64,000 nucleotides of DNA from Flectonema sp. DT1601. Its lineage: Eukaryota. Position numbers and translations under genes: made by a program. Positions 10,953 to 23,678 of this stretch are shown here, piece by piece (position 1 is the first letter of the stretch; the number at the start of each line of letters is the position of its first letter). The notes beneath the pieces are model-generated. The model had not been told where the DNA came from. It made no database searches and saw only the letters and a list, made by a program, of their open reading frames with translations. The DNA is taken from contig OZ025789.1 in NCBI GenBank assembly GCA_964019425.1, positions 558,001-622,000 of the forward strand, read 5' to 3'.

Positions 10953-13331
10953 ATGTTTATAATCCGAAATCTGCTGGTGTTTGATGGGGTAGTCCTAATA
11001 TTATATGGAATTCTTTTGATTATAATGCCTCACGTGATACTGAAGGGATACTATAAGAAATCCGATGACGTTGGAGACGTTGAAAAATTATTAATGCGAT
11101 TGGTCGGTTGTTCGTTATCAGCTGGAGGATTCCTAAGTATAATCGCAAGTCAAATATTCGGAATAGTTGAAAAGAAGTGTTGTGTTATATTTATATCGAT
11201 AATGAGTTTAGGATGGACTCTTGTTCACGGTGTTGAGGGTGTTTATATATCAGCTGACGAATTTGATAAAACTACGACAATAACAAATTGTGGAATTGGA
11301 GTTGCGATGTTGTTATTGAACTCGTTATCGATGACCGCAGCAATTTGGTTTGAGATTCCCGAACCACAACCAAATTCAGTCAACCTTCAAACAGAAATCC
11401 CTCAACAACAACACACCAGAATATTCACAATCAATGAAGACCCTACTAACAACGACATATCTGAATCAGCAAGAGTTCCTTTCATCAGAGAATTAGAACA
11501 ACCAAAAAAAAAGAGCAGCAGAGTACGACTGCTTTCACTCGCAAAACCAGAATATAAAATAATAATAGCTGGTTGTGTTGCGTTATGTATAAGACTACCT
11601 TTCTCTTTATCAATTCCTCATTTTGTATCTGAATGTATTGGTGCCCTCATTAAAAACGATCAAGATGAAGCTGTTCGTAATGTCGTGTTATTATTAATCG
11701 CTGGAACAGTGGATGCGATGCTCGATTTTTGGAATTTTTTTCTATTTGGATTTGCTCAGCAGAGGCTTATTCGCCGATTGAGAACGAGGGTCTTTTCGAC
11801 TTTTTTATCTCAAGAAATTGGATTTTTCGATTCATCTCCAACGGGAGACATGTTGTCAAGACTGCAGTCAGACACGTCAGAGATGGGGAACGACCTCACT
11901 TGGGTGTTTCGGTGGACCATTGAAGCAGCAGTTAGGATAATGGGAATAATAGCCTACATGTTCATCAGAGACTATCGTCTTGCCTGGGTGACAGTCGCAG
12001 TTATCCCAGTCTGCGCCGTGATCAATCGTTTTTACGGTGCTTGGTTAGAAAAAAATGCCGTAAAAGTACAAAAATCTCTCGCCGAAGCAAATTCCGTCGC
12101 CCAAGAAGTCCTCGCATCCGTCAGAACAGTCTTCTCATTTAATACGCAACGTTTTGAAAGTGATCGCTATGAAACACAGATCGAATCTTGGTATCAATTA
12201 AATGTAAAACAAGTAGCAATGCAAGCAGTCTACTACATGGTTATCAGTACCTTTCTTGTTAATACTGTAGTTCAAGCATCAATTTTATTCTATGGAGTCC
12301 ATTTAGTTATTCATGAAGGCATGCAGCCATCAGTCTTGTTAGCATTTATGTTGTATCAGGGAGACTTGCAAAACTGGGTAACGAATCTTTTGAATTCATT
12401 TACGAATTTGATTAAGAGTAGTGGAGCAGGTGAAAAGGTGTTTGAACTTCTTGATAGGAAGAACCGATTACAATCATCGGAGGGAATTAGACCAGAATTC
12501 TCGTGTGGTTATGTTTCTGATAGCGATGAACGGTCAGCTGTTGTTGAGTTGCACAGCGTTCATTTTAAATACGAAACACGTGAACATCCTGTCCTCCGAG
12601 GCATTAATCTCTCAGTATACCCAGGCAACGTTGTAGCACTCGTTGGGCAAAGCGGAGCTGGAAAATCAACGATATTTCATCTTCTTGAACACTTCTACGA
12701 TCCGTCAATGGGTCAAGTTCTCATAAACGGCGAAGCAGTATCACGAATTGATCCTCAATGGTTACACAGTAATGTTGCTATTGTTGGTCAAGAGCCTGTT
12801 TTATTTTCAGGTTCTATTTTGAGAAATATTTTATATGCGTTGTTGGATCAGCAACCAACTCTGATGGAAGACATAGAAGCCGATTCAGTGCTGTATGACA
12901 ATGTTATGTCTAAAGTACACAGGGCAGCTGAAATAGCTAATGCCAAAGTATTTATTGAAGATTTACCTGATAGATATCTAACAGAAGTTGGTGAAAAGGG
13001 AGTTCAGCTATCCGGAGGACAAAAACAAAGAATTGCTATAGCTAGAGCTCTGGTTCAAGATCCTAAAATCGTACTTCTTGATGAGGCGACATCGGCACTT
13101 GATGCAACTTCCGAACAGCATGTTCAACAAGCTCTTGAAGCAGCAACCAAAGACAGAACTACTATCGTTATTGCTCATCGATTGTCGACCGTTGCCAGAG
13201 CAGACTGCATCTGTGTAATGGATGGTGGCGTCATAGTCGAAATGGGTACCCATGAAGAACTAATGAACAGACCAGACAACCCTGACAGTATGTCTTATAA
13301 AAAACTGGTTCAACGACAAATGGAACCTTAA
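10953..13331 (+). CDS. ABC half-transporter, ABCB subfamily, TAP/ABCB9-like with extra N-terminal TM domain (792 aa)
   Basis: TMD motifs (QEIGFFDSSPTGDMLSRL, EVLASVRTVFSF), Walker A GQSGAGKS, Q-loop VGQEPVLF, signature LSGGQKQR, Walker B IVLLDEATSALD, H-loop IAHR. About 4 extra hydrophobic helices at the N-terminus. Confidence 0.93.
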   Translation: MFIIRNLLVFDGVVLILYGILLIIMPHVILKGYYKKSDDVGDVEKLLMRLVGCSLSAGGFLSIIASQIFGIVEKKCCVIFISIMSLGWTLVHGVEGVYISADEFDKTTTITNCGIGVAMLLLNSLSMTAAIWFEIPEPQPNSVNLQTEIPQQQHTRIFTINEDPTNNDISESARVPFIRELEQPKKKSSRVRLLSLAKPEYKIIIAGCVALCIRLPFSLSIPHFVSECIGALIKNDQDEAVRNVVLLLIAGTVDAMLDFWNFFLFGFAQQRLIRRLRTRVFSTFLSQEIGFFDSSPTGDMLSRLQSDTSEMGNDLTWVFRWTIEAAVRIMGIIAYMFIRDYRLAWVTVAVIPVCAVINRFYGAWLEKNAVKVQKSLAEANSVAQEVLASVRTVFSFNTQRFESDRYETQIESWYQLNVKQVAMQAVYYMVISTFLVNTVVQASILFYGVHLVIHEGMQPSVLLAFMLYQGDLQNWVTNLLNSFTNLIKSSGAGEKVFELLDRKNRLQSSEGIRPEFSCGYVSDSDERSAVVELHSVHFKYETREHPVLRGINLSVYPGNVVALVGQSGAGKSTIFHLLEHFYDPSMGQVLINGEAVSRIDPQWLHSNVAIVGQEPVLFSGSILRNILYALLDQQPTLMEDIEADSVLYDNVMSKVHRAAEIANAKVFIEDLPDRYLTEVGEKGVQLSGGQKQRIAIARALVQDPKIVLLDEATSALDATSEQHVQQALEAATKDRTTIVIAHRLSTVARADCICVMDGGVIVEMGTHEELMNRPDNPDSMSYKKLVQRQMEP

Positions 13332-13601
13332 CTCTTTGATGTATAATTATCTATTGTTTTTATGATTTTTATTTTGCACCATTCTTTTTTTTTTTTTTTT
13401 TTTTTTTGTCGGAGTTGGTCAATTTTTGTTTGCGTTTTTTTTTTTTTTCGTAAAAGTTAAATTTTTCCACAGGAGCGTTTCACAAAAAAAAAAAAAAACT
13501 TAATTAATGTTTTGATCCATCGTTCGATGAGATTTTTTTTTGGTACGCAAAAAAAAAAAAAAAAATTAAAAAATATTCCTTCACCCCTTAGCCCCTCCAC
13601 A

Positions 13602-14330
13602 ATGCGGAGATCTGTCAAGTTGTTTTGTAATGTTTTTGTGGACGCAGATATTTGTCGATTGCGTGGTGAGAAAGTTTTCAATGGAATTTCTGTATGTAAG
13701 GAATTTATAACAAGAGGAGAAGCCGATAAAATATCGGAAGAGTCACTGTACTGGATGGAACATAAAACCGCAACTGAATGGGGATCCTACCGAAGTAAAA
13801 ACAGAGGTCCTCTACGCTATGAAATGACATTTCATGGTATTGGAATGAAGCAAAATATGAACGTGATAAAATCAATATCTAGTAACGACGAGAAATACGT
13901 CCGATCAGTCTTCCATGCTCCTCGTTGTTTGCAAATAGCTGATAAAATTCAGGGATTGGGATTAACAGCGGAGGGTTGTTTCATAAATTCATTTCGAATG
14001 AATGAATATTTATATCCTGACAGCGGTTCTCTGGCACATAGAGATCATTCGTTGGAGGGAACGATGTTTTTCATATTATCAATTCACGATGGAGTTATTC
14101 ATTTTGATGATCCCAGCAGTGATTCCCTGGTATCGGTTATGCTACCCGCGCGTTCTCTTCTTCAGGTGGGTAGCCCTGCTTCAACTTCTTGGAGGCATTT
14201 TATCCCGACTGAAGCTGTCGTAACACATAATGGTCGGAAAATAAAAAAAGATTATCGCCAAAGTATTGCGTTCTTCTCTATTGATAAAGAAGCAGTCCAT
14301 CTTTTAGACGATATGCGTGTTGGGTATTAA
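13602..14330 (+). CDS. AlkB-like 2-oxoglutarate/Fe(II) dioxygenase, possibly mitochondrial (242 aa)
   Basis: First ATG at 13602 (MRRSVKLF, presequence-like). Motifs EFITRGEA, NEY...AHRD (HxD), LPARSLL, WRHFI (distal His), RQSIAF. Confidence 0.7.
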   Translation: MRRSVKLFCNVFVDADICRLRGEKVFNGISVCKEFITRGEADKISEESLYWMEHKTATEWGSYRSKNRGPLRYEMTFHGIGMKQNMNVIKSISSNDEKYVRSVFHAPRCLQIADKIQGLGLTAEGCFINSFRMNEYLYPDSGSLAHRDHSLEGTMFFILSIHDGVIHFDDPSSDSLVSVMLPARSLLQVGSPASTSWRHFIPTEAVVTHNGRKIKKDYRQSIAFFSIDKEAVHLLDDMRVGY

Positions 14331-14744
14331 CATTACTGTAAGTAATTAATGAATCACTCACAAGAATGTATCTTATGATATGAGAAAATCAGATTCATTT
14401 GTTAGCAGTTATTCGTTTTCACGTTGCATCTATGGATCGAGTTTTAGAAGGCTTTGGATAGAAAGAGAGAAAACAGTTAGCTAGTTAAAAAGAAGTCACA
14501 GGTCAGCTGTGATCACAATCGATGTTTTTATCTCGTGGTTTGAAGCTAACCGAATCAATATAATATTGTTGAGATGTACTTCATTGTGACTTTATATTCA
14601 TCACAAAGGTTTTTAACGTATTCCCCACGAAGATGTAAAGGTCCTGCTGAATGTTTTTTGTCGTTTAATAATTGTTTGTTTTATTTTCTTTAATAATTCA
14701 TCTCGGCAGATAAAATAGTAAAACAACAACAACAACAACCGAAT

Positions 14745-15200
14745 ATGAAGACTTGTCTAATTCTCTCGATGTTGGTTTCCACTTTGGGAATGCAACTGAA
14801 AGTAGACGCGACGAATCCTTGCATTGCTACTGGAAACGGAACAAAATTCGACATCAGCAATCTGTTTGAGTATCCAATCAAAGCCACTAACAAGTACGAG
14901 TACACCTTCAATCCTTGTCGCCCTGTTCCATGTAATGGAGAAAGTAATGATGCGGCTTTTTGTCAGGCGGCAGACTTTCCGAGAGTGGGAGGAGAGGTTC
15001 ACGGTGCGATCTGGTTTTTAGACAGCTTCAGTCCATGTCAATTCAGAGTGTTGTTCCCAAATGGGTTGTACTGGAGAGCTTCATGGGTCACCTTCACTGA
15101 AGACCCAAAACAAGAAAATGGAAAGTTTGAAGCCCTCGGAGAATACCCTTCTGAGATCTATAACTTCAAGGTTACACACAAGAACGTAGGACCAGTCTGA
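14745..15200 (+). CDS. Secreted MRH-like (mannose-6-phosphate receptor homology) domain protein, copy 1 (151 aa)
   Basis: Signal peptide, then C...FDISNL...YEYTFNPC...C...AAFCQ...NG..WRAS.VTF...GEYP..IYNF. This matches the CIMR/ATG27-type MRH pattern by eye. Confidence 0.72.
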   Translation: MKTCLILSMLVSTLGMQLKVDATNPCIATGNGTKFDISNLFEYPIKATNKYEYTFNPCRPVPCNGESNDAAFCQAADFPRVGGEVHGAIWFLDSFSPCQFRVLFPNGLYWRASWVTFTEDPKQENGKFEALGEYPSEIYNFKVTHKNVGPV

Positions 15201-16063
15201 GCTGCTGACTGGGTTCTTGTGATGCGCAAGTAGGTTGTCTCTTTTTTGATGTTCCTCTTGTTTTGTGTAAATCGTATTATAACTGAAAACAATTTGTTTC
15301 CCAACGTTTCATTATTTTCACAACTCGAGTGATTTATGGAAACCTATTCCTTGTTCGCAATAATTAAAATTGTATCTTGTTTTCTGATAAAATAACTTTT
15401 TTTTAGTTTATTTGGTTTTCATTAAAAATATCACTTTCTGAGCAAATAGACTGAACCAGTAGAGTTATTTCTTTATTGATTCTTCCTTTTCGTGTTTTTT
15501 TTGTGTTTTACATTTATTACTATTCTCCCTTAGGGATGTAATCTGTAATTTGTTTTGTTCAATTTGCCCTACACTTTTTCTAACTAACTAGTTTCTGATA
15601 ACAATCAGTCAACTCTTCCTGTTTTTATAAATCAAGAAATCTTGTTTCATGCAATCTAGTTGCATGGCAGTCTGTTTCCACACCAATGGGGAAGTCAAAA
15701 AAAGGGATCTTTGATAACTCCCCGAATGAAATATAAAACTTTTTGTTAAAACAAAAGTTCCTCCTTGTGAAAAAGAAAATAAAGACCTGTGTTAATATAA
15801 CACTCGTTGAACTCTTTACGTACTTTGCACCTCTTACTCTCGGAGGGCCGTAATACAAAATACAAAAAATGATTTTCGTCTTTTAAGGAAAGTTAATTCT
15901 TATTACAGGTTCAGATTGCCAATACAAACGATGTGTGTGATTTTATTCTGAGTGTTGGTATCAAAGTAGATTACACAGGCAAAACATTAATATGTTCACT
16001 CTTTGTTTTCTTTAATAATTCATCTCGGCAGATAAAATAGTAAAACAACAACAACAACCGAAT

Positions 16064-16519
16064 ATGAAGACTTGTCTAATTCTCTCGATGTTGGTTTCCA
16101 CTTTGGGAATGCAACTGAAAGTAGACGCGACGAATCCTTGCATTGCTACTGGAAACGGAACAAAATTCGACATCAGCAATCTGTTTGAGTATCCAATCAA
16201 AGCCACTAACAAGTACGAGTACACCTTCAATCCTTGTCGCCCTGTTCCATGTAATGGAGAAAGTAATGATGCGGCTTTTTGTCAGGCGGCAGACTTTCCG
16301 AGAGTGGGAGGAGAGGTTCACGGTGCGATCTGGTTTTTAGACAGCTTCAGTCCATGTCAATTCAGAGTGTTGTTCCCAAATGGGTTGTACTGGAGAGCTT
16401 CATGGGTCACCTTCACTGAAGACCCAAAACAAGAAAATGGAAAGTTTGAAGCCCTCGGAGAATACCCTTCTGAGATCTATAACTTCAAGGTTACACACAA
16501 GAACGTAGGACCAGTCTGA
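16064..16519 (+). CDS. Secreted MRH-like protein, copy 2 (151 aa, same protein as copy 1)
   Basis: Identical translation to copy 1, 1319 bp downstream. Confidence 0.72.
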   Translation: MKTCLILSMLVSTLGMQLKVDATNPCIATGNGTKFDISNLFEYPIKATNKYEYTFNPCRPVPCNGESNDAAFCQAADFPRVGGEVHGAIWFLDSFSPCQFRVLFPNGLYWRASWVTFTEDPKQENGKFEALGEYPSEIYNFKVTHKNVGPV

Positions 16520-17382
16520 GCTGCTGACTGGGTTCTTGTGATGCGCAAGTAGGTTGTCTCTTTTTTGATGTTCCTCTTGTTTTGTGTAAATCGTATTATA
16601 ACTGAAAACAATTTGTTTCCCAACGTTTCATTATTTTCACAACTCGAGTGATTTATGGAAACCTATTCCTTGTTCGCAATAATTAAAATTGTATCTTGTT
16701 TTCTGATAAAATAACTTTTTTTTAGTTTATTTGGTTTTCATTAAAAATATCACTTTCTGAGCAAATAGACTGAACCAGTAGAGTTATTTCTTTATTGATT
16801 CTTCCTTTTCGTGTTTTTTTTGTGTTTTACATTTATTACTATTCTCCCTTAGGGATGTAATCTGTAATTTGTTTTGTTCAATTTGCCCTACACTTTTTCT
16901 AACTAACTAGTTTCTGATAACAATCAGTCAACTCTTCCTGTTTTTATAAATCAAGAAATCTTGTTTCATGCAATCTAGTTGCATGGCAGTCTGTTTCCAC
17001 ACCAATGGGGAAGTCAAAAAAAGGGATCTTTGATAACTCCCCGAATGAAATATAAAACTTTTTGTTAAAACAAAAGTTCCTCCTTGTGAAAAAGAAAATA
17101 AAGACCTGTGTTAATATAACACTCGTTGAACTCTTTACGTACTTTGCACCTCTTACTCTCGGAGGGCCGTAATACAAAATACAAAAAATGATTTTCGTCT
17201 TTTAAGGAAAGTTAATTCTTATTACAGGTTCAGATTGCCAATACAAACGATGTGTGTGATTTTATTCTGAGTGTTGGTATCAAAGTAGATTACACAGGCA
17301 AAACATTAATATGTTCACTCTTTGTTTTCTTTAATAATTCATCTCGGCAGATAAAATAGTAAAACAACAACAACAACCGAAT

Positions 17383-17838
17383 ATGAAGACTTGTCTAATT
17401 CTCTCGATGTTGGTTTCCACTTTGGGAATGCAACTGAAAGTAGACGCGACGAATCCTTGCATTGCTACTGGAAACGGAACAAAATTCGACATCAGCAATC
17501 TGTTTGAGTATCCAATCAAAGCCACTAACAAGTACGAGTACACCTTCAATCCTTGTCGCCCTGTTCCATGTAATGGAGAAAGTAATGATGCGGCTTTTTG
17601 TCAGGCGGCAGACTTTCCAAGAGTGGGAGGAGAGGTTCACAGTGCGATCTGGTTTTTAGAAAATATGAAGCCATGTAAATTCAGAGTGTTGTTCCTGAAT
17701 GGGTACAAGTGGAGAGCTTCATGGGTCACCTTCACTGAAGACCCAACCCAAGAAAATGGAAAGTTTGAAGCCCTCGGAGAATACCCTTCTGAGATCTATA
17801 ACTTCAAGGTTACACACAAGAACGTAGGACCAGTCTGA
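17383..17838 (+). CDS. Secreted MRH-like protein, copy 3 (151 aa, divergent central loops)
   Basis: HSAIWFLENMKPCKFRVLFLNGYKW variant. Confidence 0.72.
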   Translation: MKTCLILSMLVSTLGMQLKVDATNPCIATGNGTKFDISNLFEYPIKATNKYEYTFNPCRPVPCNGESNDAAFCQAADFPRVGGEVHSAIWFLENMKPCKFRVLFLNGYKWRASWVTFTEDPTQENGKFEALGEYPSEIYNFKVTHKNVGPV

Positions 17839-19104
17839 GCTGCTGACTGGGTTCTTGCGATGCGCAAGTAGGGCTCTCTCTCCTTTTGTTTTCTTATTTT
17901 TTTTGTAAGTAAACGCTTCCAAAGATTGAATACTTCTTTGGTGGAAAAATAAAAAGAAAAAATCACTTTCTAACTGCGCACCTTTAATAAATAATGTCAT
18001 GTACGTCAACTATGTGATGTTGCTTCCGGCGCCATGTGTGTCCTGTGAACTATGCGGCTAAAAATGATTTCCAAAACGTTTTTTTTCTGATAAATTTTTT
18101 TCGTAGCTCACATGAAGAATATTAACAGTGTTCTTCATTGAGTATAGGGTTATGATTATTATTATAACTTTTTTAATTTCCAACTACTATCTTGAATCAA
18201 GAACCTCTACGTTGTTGACCGTCTACAAGAGTGATGAAAACCTGTTTTTTGATTTGGATTTCACATTCTCTGGAGCAATGGACTAAACCATAAGAGATCT
18301 TTTTTTTTGAATGTGTTATTGGAATATTTTAATTAAACAAAATACTGGGATTCCTGTGTGGAGTATTTCTTGTTGTGATTCTTCCCTTTTGTGTTAAAAG
18401 TTTTTTTTTCATTTTCTGTTATTTATTTTTATTTTTTTCTTTCAAGTTTATAGATCTAATCTGTAACCTTTGATTTTCCCGGTGGGTGTGGGTAGTCACT
18501 TGCTTCTGGTTAATTCACGTCTCTTCTCTTGTGTATTGATCTCATGACTGGTACCTCATCTTTGGAAAGTTTTAACTTCGATAAATAATTTATGATGTGT
18601 ATTTGACTCATATTAAAGGTGCGTTTTTTTTTTGGAGGTTGTAAAAAATCTTCTGCACTTTTTCTAACTAACTTCAAAGTTTTTTGTGAAATGAAATTCC
18701 TCTCAAACTTCTGCTATCTATGAAGGTCTTCAATTGATGTGAAAAAAAAAGAATTATTCTTTTGGAAAAAGGGAAGTGAAAATTAAAAAAAGAAAATAGA
18801 GACCTGTGTTAATATAACACTCGTTGAACTATTAGTTCATAGGCGGCAGCTCTGCTTTGCACCTCTTACTCTCAGAGGGCCGTTTTACGAACGAAAAATG
18901 ATTATTGTCTTTTAAGGAAAGTTAATTCTTATTACAGGTTCAGATTGCCAATACAAACGATGTGTGTGATTTTATTATGAGTGTTGGTATCAAAGTAGAT
19001 TACACAGGCAAAACGTTAATATGTTCACTCTTTATTTTCTTTAATAATTCATCTCGGCAGATAAAATAGTAAAACAACAACAACAACAACAACAACAACC
19101 GAAT

Positions 19105-19566
19105 ATGAAGACTTGTCTAATTCTCTCGATGTTGGTTTCCACTTTGGGAATGCAACTAAAAGTAGACGCGACGAATCCTTGCATTGCTACTGGAAACAAC
19201 ACAAAATTCGACATCAGCAATCTGTTTGAGTATCCAATCAAAGCTACTAACAAGTACGAGTACACCTTCAATCCTTGTCGCCCTGTTCCATGTGCTGGAG
19301 AAAGTAATGACGCGGCTTTTTGTCAGGCGGCAGACTTTCCGAGAGTGGGAGGAGAGGTTCACGGTGCGATCTGGTTTTTAGACAGCTTCAGTCCATGTAA
19401 ATTCAGAGTGTTGTTCCCGAATGGGTTGTACTGGAGAGCTTCATGGGTCACCTTCGTTGAAGACCCAAAACAAGAAAATGGAAAGTTTGAAGCCCTCGGA
19501 GAATACCCTTATGAGATCTATAACTTCAAGGTTACCCACAAGGACATAAAACCAATCTGGGGCTGA
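19105..19566 (+). CDS. Secreted MRH-like protein, copy 4 (153 aa)
   Basis: GNNT, PCAGES and DIKPIWG C-terminal variant. Confidence 0.72.
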   Translation: MKTCLILSMLVSTLGMQLKVDATNPCIATGNNTKFDISNLFEYPIKATNKYEYTFNPCRPVPCAGESNDAAFCQAADFPRVGGEVHGAIWFLDSFSPCKFRVLFPNGLYWRASWVTFVEDPKQENGKFEALGEYPYEIYNFKVTHKDIKPIWG

Positions 19567-20783
19567 ATGGGTTCTTGTGATGAGCAAGTAGGGCTCTCTC
19601 TCGTTTTTTTTGTTTTCTTGTTTTTTTTTGTGAAATAAATGCTTCCAAAGATTGAATACTTCTTTGGTGGAAAAAAAAAAAAAAGAAAAAATCATTTTCT
19701 AACTGCGCACCTTTAATCAATAATGTCATGTACGTCAACTATGTGATGTTGCTTCCGGCGCCATGTGTGTCCTGTGAACTTTGCGGCTAAAAATGATTTC
19801 CAAAACGTTTTTTTTCTGATAAATCTTTTTCGTAGCTCACATGAAGAATATTAACAGTGTTCTTCATTGAGTATAGGGTTATGATTATTATTGTAACTTT
19901 TTTTAATTTCCAACTACTATCTTGAATCAAGAACCTCTACGTTGTTGACCGTCTACAAGAGTGATGAAAACCTGTTTTTTGATTTGGATTTCACATTCTC
20001 TGGAGCAATGGACTAAACCATAAGAGATCTTTTTTTTTTGAATGTGTTATTGGAATATTTTAAATAAACAAAATACTGGGATTCCTGTGTGGAGTATTTC
20101 TTGTTGTGATTCTTCCCTTTTGTGTTTAAAATTTTTTTTTTCATTTTCTGTTATTTATTTCTATTTTTTTCTTTCAAGTTTATAGATCTTCGATGGGTGT
20201 GGGTAGTCACTTGCTTCTGGTTAATTCACGTCTCTTCTCTTGTGTATTGATCCCATGACTGGCACCTCATCTTTGGAAAGTTTTAATTTCGATAAATAAT
20301 TTATGATGTGTATGTGACTCATAATGTTATAAAATATCTTCTGCACTTTTTCTAACTAACTTCAAAGTTTTTTGTGAAATGAAATTCCTCTCAAACTTCT
20401 GCTATCTATGATGGTCTTCAATTGATGTAAAAAAAAGAATTTTTCTTTTGGAAAAAGAGAAAAGAAAATTAAAAAAAGAAAATAGAGACCTGTGTTAATA
20501 TAACACTCGTTGAACTATTAGTTCATAAGCGGCAGCTCTGCTTTGCATCTTACTCTCAGAGGGCCGTATTACAAAATACAAAAAATGATTTTTGTTTTTA
20601 TTTTAGGGAAAGTTAATTCTTATTACAGGTTCAGATTGCCAATACAAACGATGTGTGTGATTTTATTCTGAGTGTTGGTATCAAAGTAGATTACACAGGC
20701 AAAACATTAATATTTTAACTCTTTATTTTCTTTAATAATTCATCTCGGCAGATAAAATAGTAAAACAACAACAACAACCGAAT

Positions 20784-21239
20784 ATGAAGACTTGTCTAAT
20801 TCTCTCGATGTTGGTTTCCACTTTGGGAATGCAACTGAAAGTAGACGCGACGAATCCTTGCATTGCTACTGGAAACGGAACAAAATTCGACATCAGCAAT
20901 CTGTTTGAGTATCCAATCAAAGCCACTAACAAGTACGAGTACACCTTCAATCCTTGTCGCCCTGTTCCATGTAATGGAGAAAGTAATGATGCGGCTTTTT
21001 GTCAGGCGGCAGACTTTCCAAGAGTGGGAGGAGAGGTTCACAGTGCGATCTGGTTTTTAGACAGCTTCAGTCCATGTCAATTCAGAGTGCTGTTCCCAAA
21101 TGGGTTGTACTGGAGAGCTTCATGGGTCACCTTCACTGAAGACCCAAACCAAGAAAATGGAAAGTTTGAAGCCCTCGGAGAATACCCTTCTGAGATCTAT
21201 AACTTCAAGGTTACACACAAGAACGTAGGACCAGTCTGA
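20784..21239 (+). CDS. Secreted MRH-like protein, copy 5 (151 aa)
   Basis: HSAIWFLDSFSPCQ and DPNQ variant. Confidence 0.72.
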   Translation: MKTCLILSMLVSTLGMQLKVDATNPCIATGNGTKFDISNLFEYPIKATNKYEYTFNPCRPVPCNGESNDAAFCQAADFPRVGGEVHSAIWFLDSFSPCQFRVLFPNGLYWRASWVTFTEDPNQENGKFEALGEYPSEIYNFKVTHKNVGPV

Positions 21240-22115
21240 GCTGCTGACTGGGTTCTTGTGATGCGCAAGTAGGTTGTCTCTTTTTTGATGTTCCTCTTGT
21301 TTTGTGTAAATCGTATTATAACTGAAAACAATTTGTTTCCCAACGTTTCATTATTTTCACAACTCGAGTGATTTATGGAAACCTATTCCTTGTTCGCAAT
21401 AATTAAAATTGTATCTTGTTTTCTGATAAAATAACTTTTTTTTACGGATTTCGTAGTTTATTTGGTTTTCATTAAAAATAGACTGAATCAGTAGAGTTAT
21501 TTCTTTATTGATTCTTCCTTTTCGTGTTTTTTTTGTGTTTTACATTTATTACTATTCTCCCTTAGGGATGTAATCTGTAATTTGTTTTGTTCAATTTGCC
21601 CTACACTTTTTCTAACTAACTAGTTTCTGATAACAATCAGTCAACTCTTCCTGTTTTTATAAATCAAGAAATCTTGTTTCATGCAATCTAGTTGCATGGC
21701 AGTCTGTTTCCATACCAATGGGGAAGTCAAAAAAAGGGATCTTTGATAACTCCCCGAATGAAATATAAAACTTTTTGTTAAAACAAAAGTTCCTCCTTGT
21801 GAAAAAGAAAATAAAGACCTGCGTTAATATAACACTCGTTGAACTCTTTACGTACGGCGGCTCTGCTTTGCACCTCTTACTCTCAGAGGGCCGTATTACA
21901 AAATACAAAAAATGATTTTCGTCTTTTAAGGAAAGTTAATTCTTATTACAGGTTCAGATTGCCAATACAAACGATGTGTGTGATTTTATTCTGAGTGTTG
22001 GTATCAAAGTAGATTACACAGGCAAAACATTAATATTTTAACTCTTTATTTTCTTTAATAATTCATCTCGGCAGATAAAATAGTAAAACAACAACAACAA
22101 CAACAACAACCGAAT

Positions 22116-22577
22116 ATGAAGACTTGTCTAATTCTCTCGATGTTGGTTTCCACTTTGGGAATGCAACTGAAAGTAGACGCGACGAATCCTTGCATTGCTA
22201 CTGGAAACAACACAAAATTCGACATCAGCAATCTGTTTGAGTATCCAATCAAAGCCACTAACAAGTACGAGTACACCTTCAATCCTTGTCGCCCTGTTCC
22301 ATGTAATGGAGAAAGTAATGATGCGGCTTTTTGTCAGGCGGCAGACTTTCCGAGAGTGGGAGGAGAGGTTCACGGTGCGATCTGGTTTTTAGACAGCTTC
22401 AGTCCATGTAAATTCAGAGTGTTGTTCCCAAATGGGTTGTACTGGAGAGCTTCATGGGTCACCTTCGTTGAAGACCCAAAACAAGAAAATGGAAAGTTTG
22501 AAGCCCTCGGAGAATACCCTTATGAGATCTATAACTTCAAGGTTACCCACAAGGACATAAAACCAATCTGGGGCTAA
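22116..22577 (+). CDS. Secreted MRH-like protein, copy 6 (153 aa)
   Basis: GNNT and DIKPIWG as in copy 4, but PCNGES as in copy 1. Confidence 0.72.
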   Translation: MKTCLILSMLVSTLGMQLKVDATNPCIATGNNTKFDISNLFEYPIKATNKYEYTFNPCRPVPCNGESNDAAFCQAADFPRVGGEVHGAIWFLDSFSPCKFRVLFPNGLYWRASWVTFVEDPKQENGKFEALGEYPYEIYNFKVTHKDIKPIWG

Positions 22578-23678
22578 ATGGGTTCTTGTGATGCGCAAGT
22601 AGGGCTCTCTCTCGTTTTTTGTTTTCTTGTTTTTTTTTGTGAAATAAATGCTTCCAAAGATTGAATACTTCTTTGGTGGAAAAAAAAAAAAAAGAAAAAA
22701 TCATTTTCTAACTGCGCACCTTTAATCAATAATGTCATGTACGTCAACTATGTGATGTTGCTTCCGGCGCCATGTGTGTCCTGTGAACTTTGCGGCTAAA
22801 AATGATTTCCAAAACGTTTCTTTTCTGATAAATCTTTTTCGTAACTCACATGAAGAATATTAACAGTGTTCTTCATTGAGTATAGGGTTATGATTATTAT
22901 TGTAACTTTTTTTAATTTCCAACTACTATCTTGAATCAAGAACCTCTACGTTGTTGACCGTCTACAAGAGTGATGAAAACCTGTTTTTTGATTTGGATTT
23001 CACATTCTCTGGAGCAATGGACTAAACCATAAGAGATCTTTTTTTTTTGAATGTGTTATTGGAATATTTTAAATAAACAAAATACTGGGATTCCTGTGTG
23101 GAGTATTTCTTGTTGTGATTCTTCCCTTTTGTGTTTAAAAGTTTTTTTTAATTTTCTGTTATTTATTTCTATTTTTCTTTAAAGGATTAACGATGTAATC
23201 TGTAATCTGTTGATTTTCCCTTTTGTTCTTTTCGTTGTTGAATTTGGCTTTCTGAGGCTCTGCACTTTTTTTCTAACTAACTTTAGAGTTTTGCGAAAAG
23301 AAATTCCTCTCACACTTCTGGCATCCATGAGGATCTTTATTTAATGTGAAAAAAGTATTCCTCGTTGGGAAAAAAAGAAAATAGAGACCTGTGTTAATAA
23401 GACACTCGTTGAACTCTTTACATACGGCGGCTCTGCTTTGCACCTCTACTCTCAGAGGGCCGTATTACAAAATACAAAAAATGATTTTTGTTTTTATTTT
23501 AGGGAAAGTTAATTCTTATTACAGGTTCAGATTGCCAATACAAACGATGTGTGTGATTTTATTCTGAGTGTTGGTATCAAAGTAGATTACACAGGCAAAA
23601 CATTAATATGTTCACTCTTTATTTTCTTTAATAATTCATCTCGGCAATAAAATAGTAAAACAACAACAACAACCGAAT

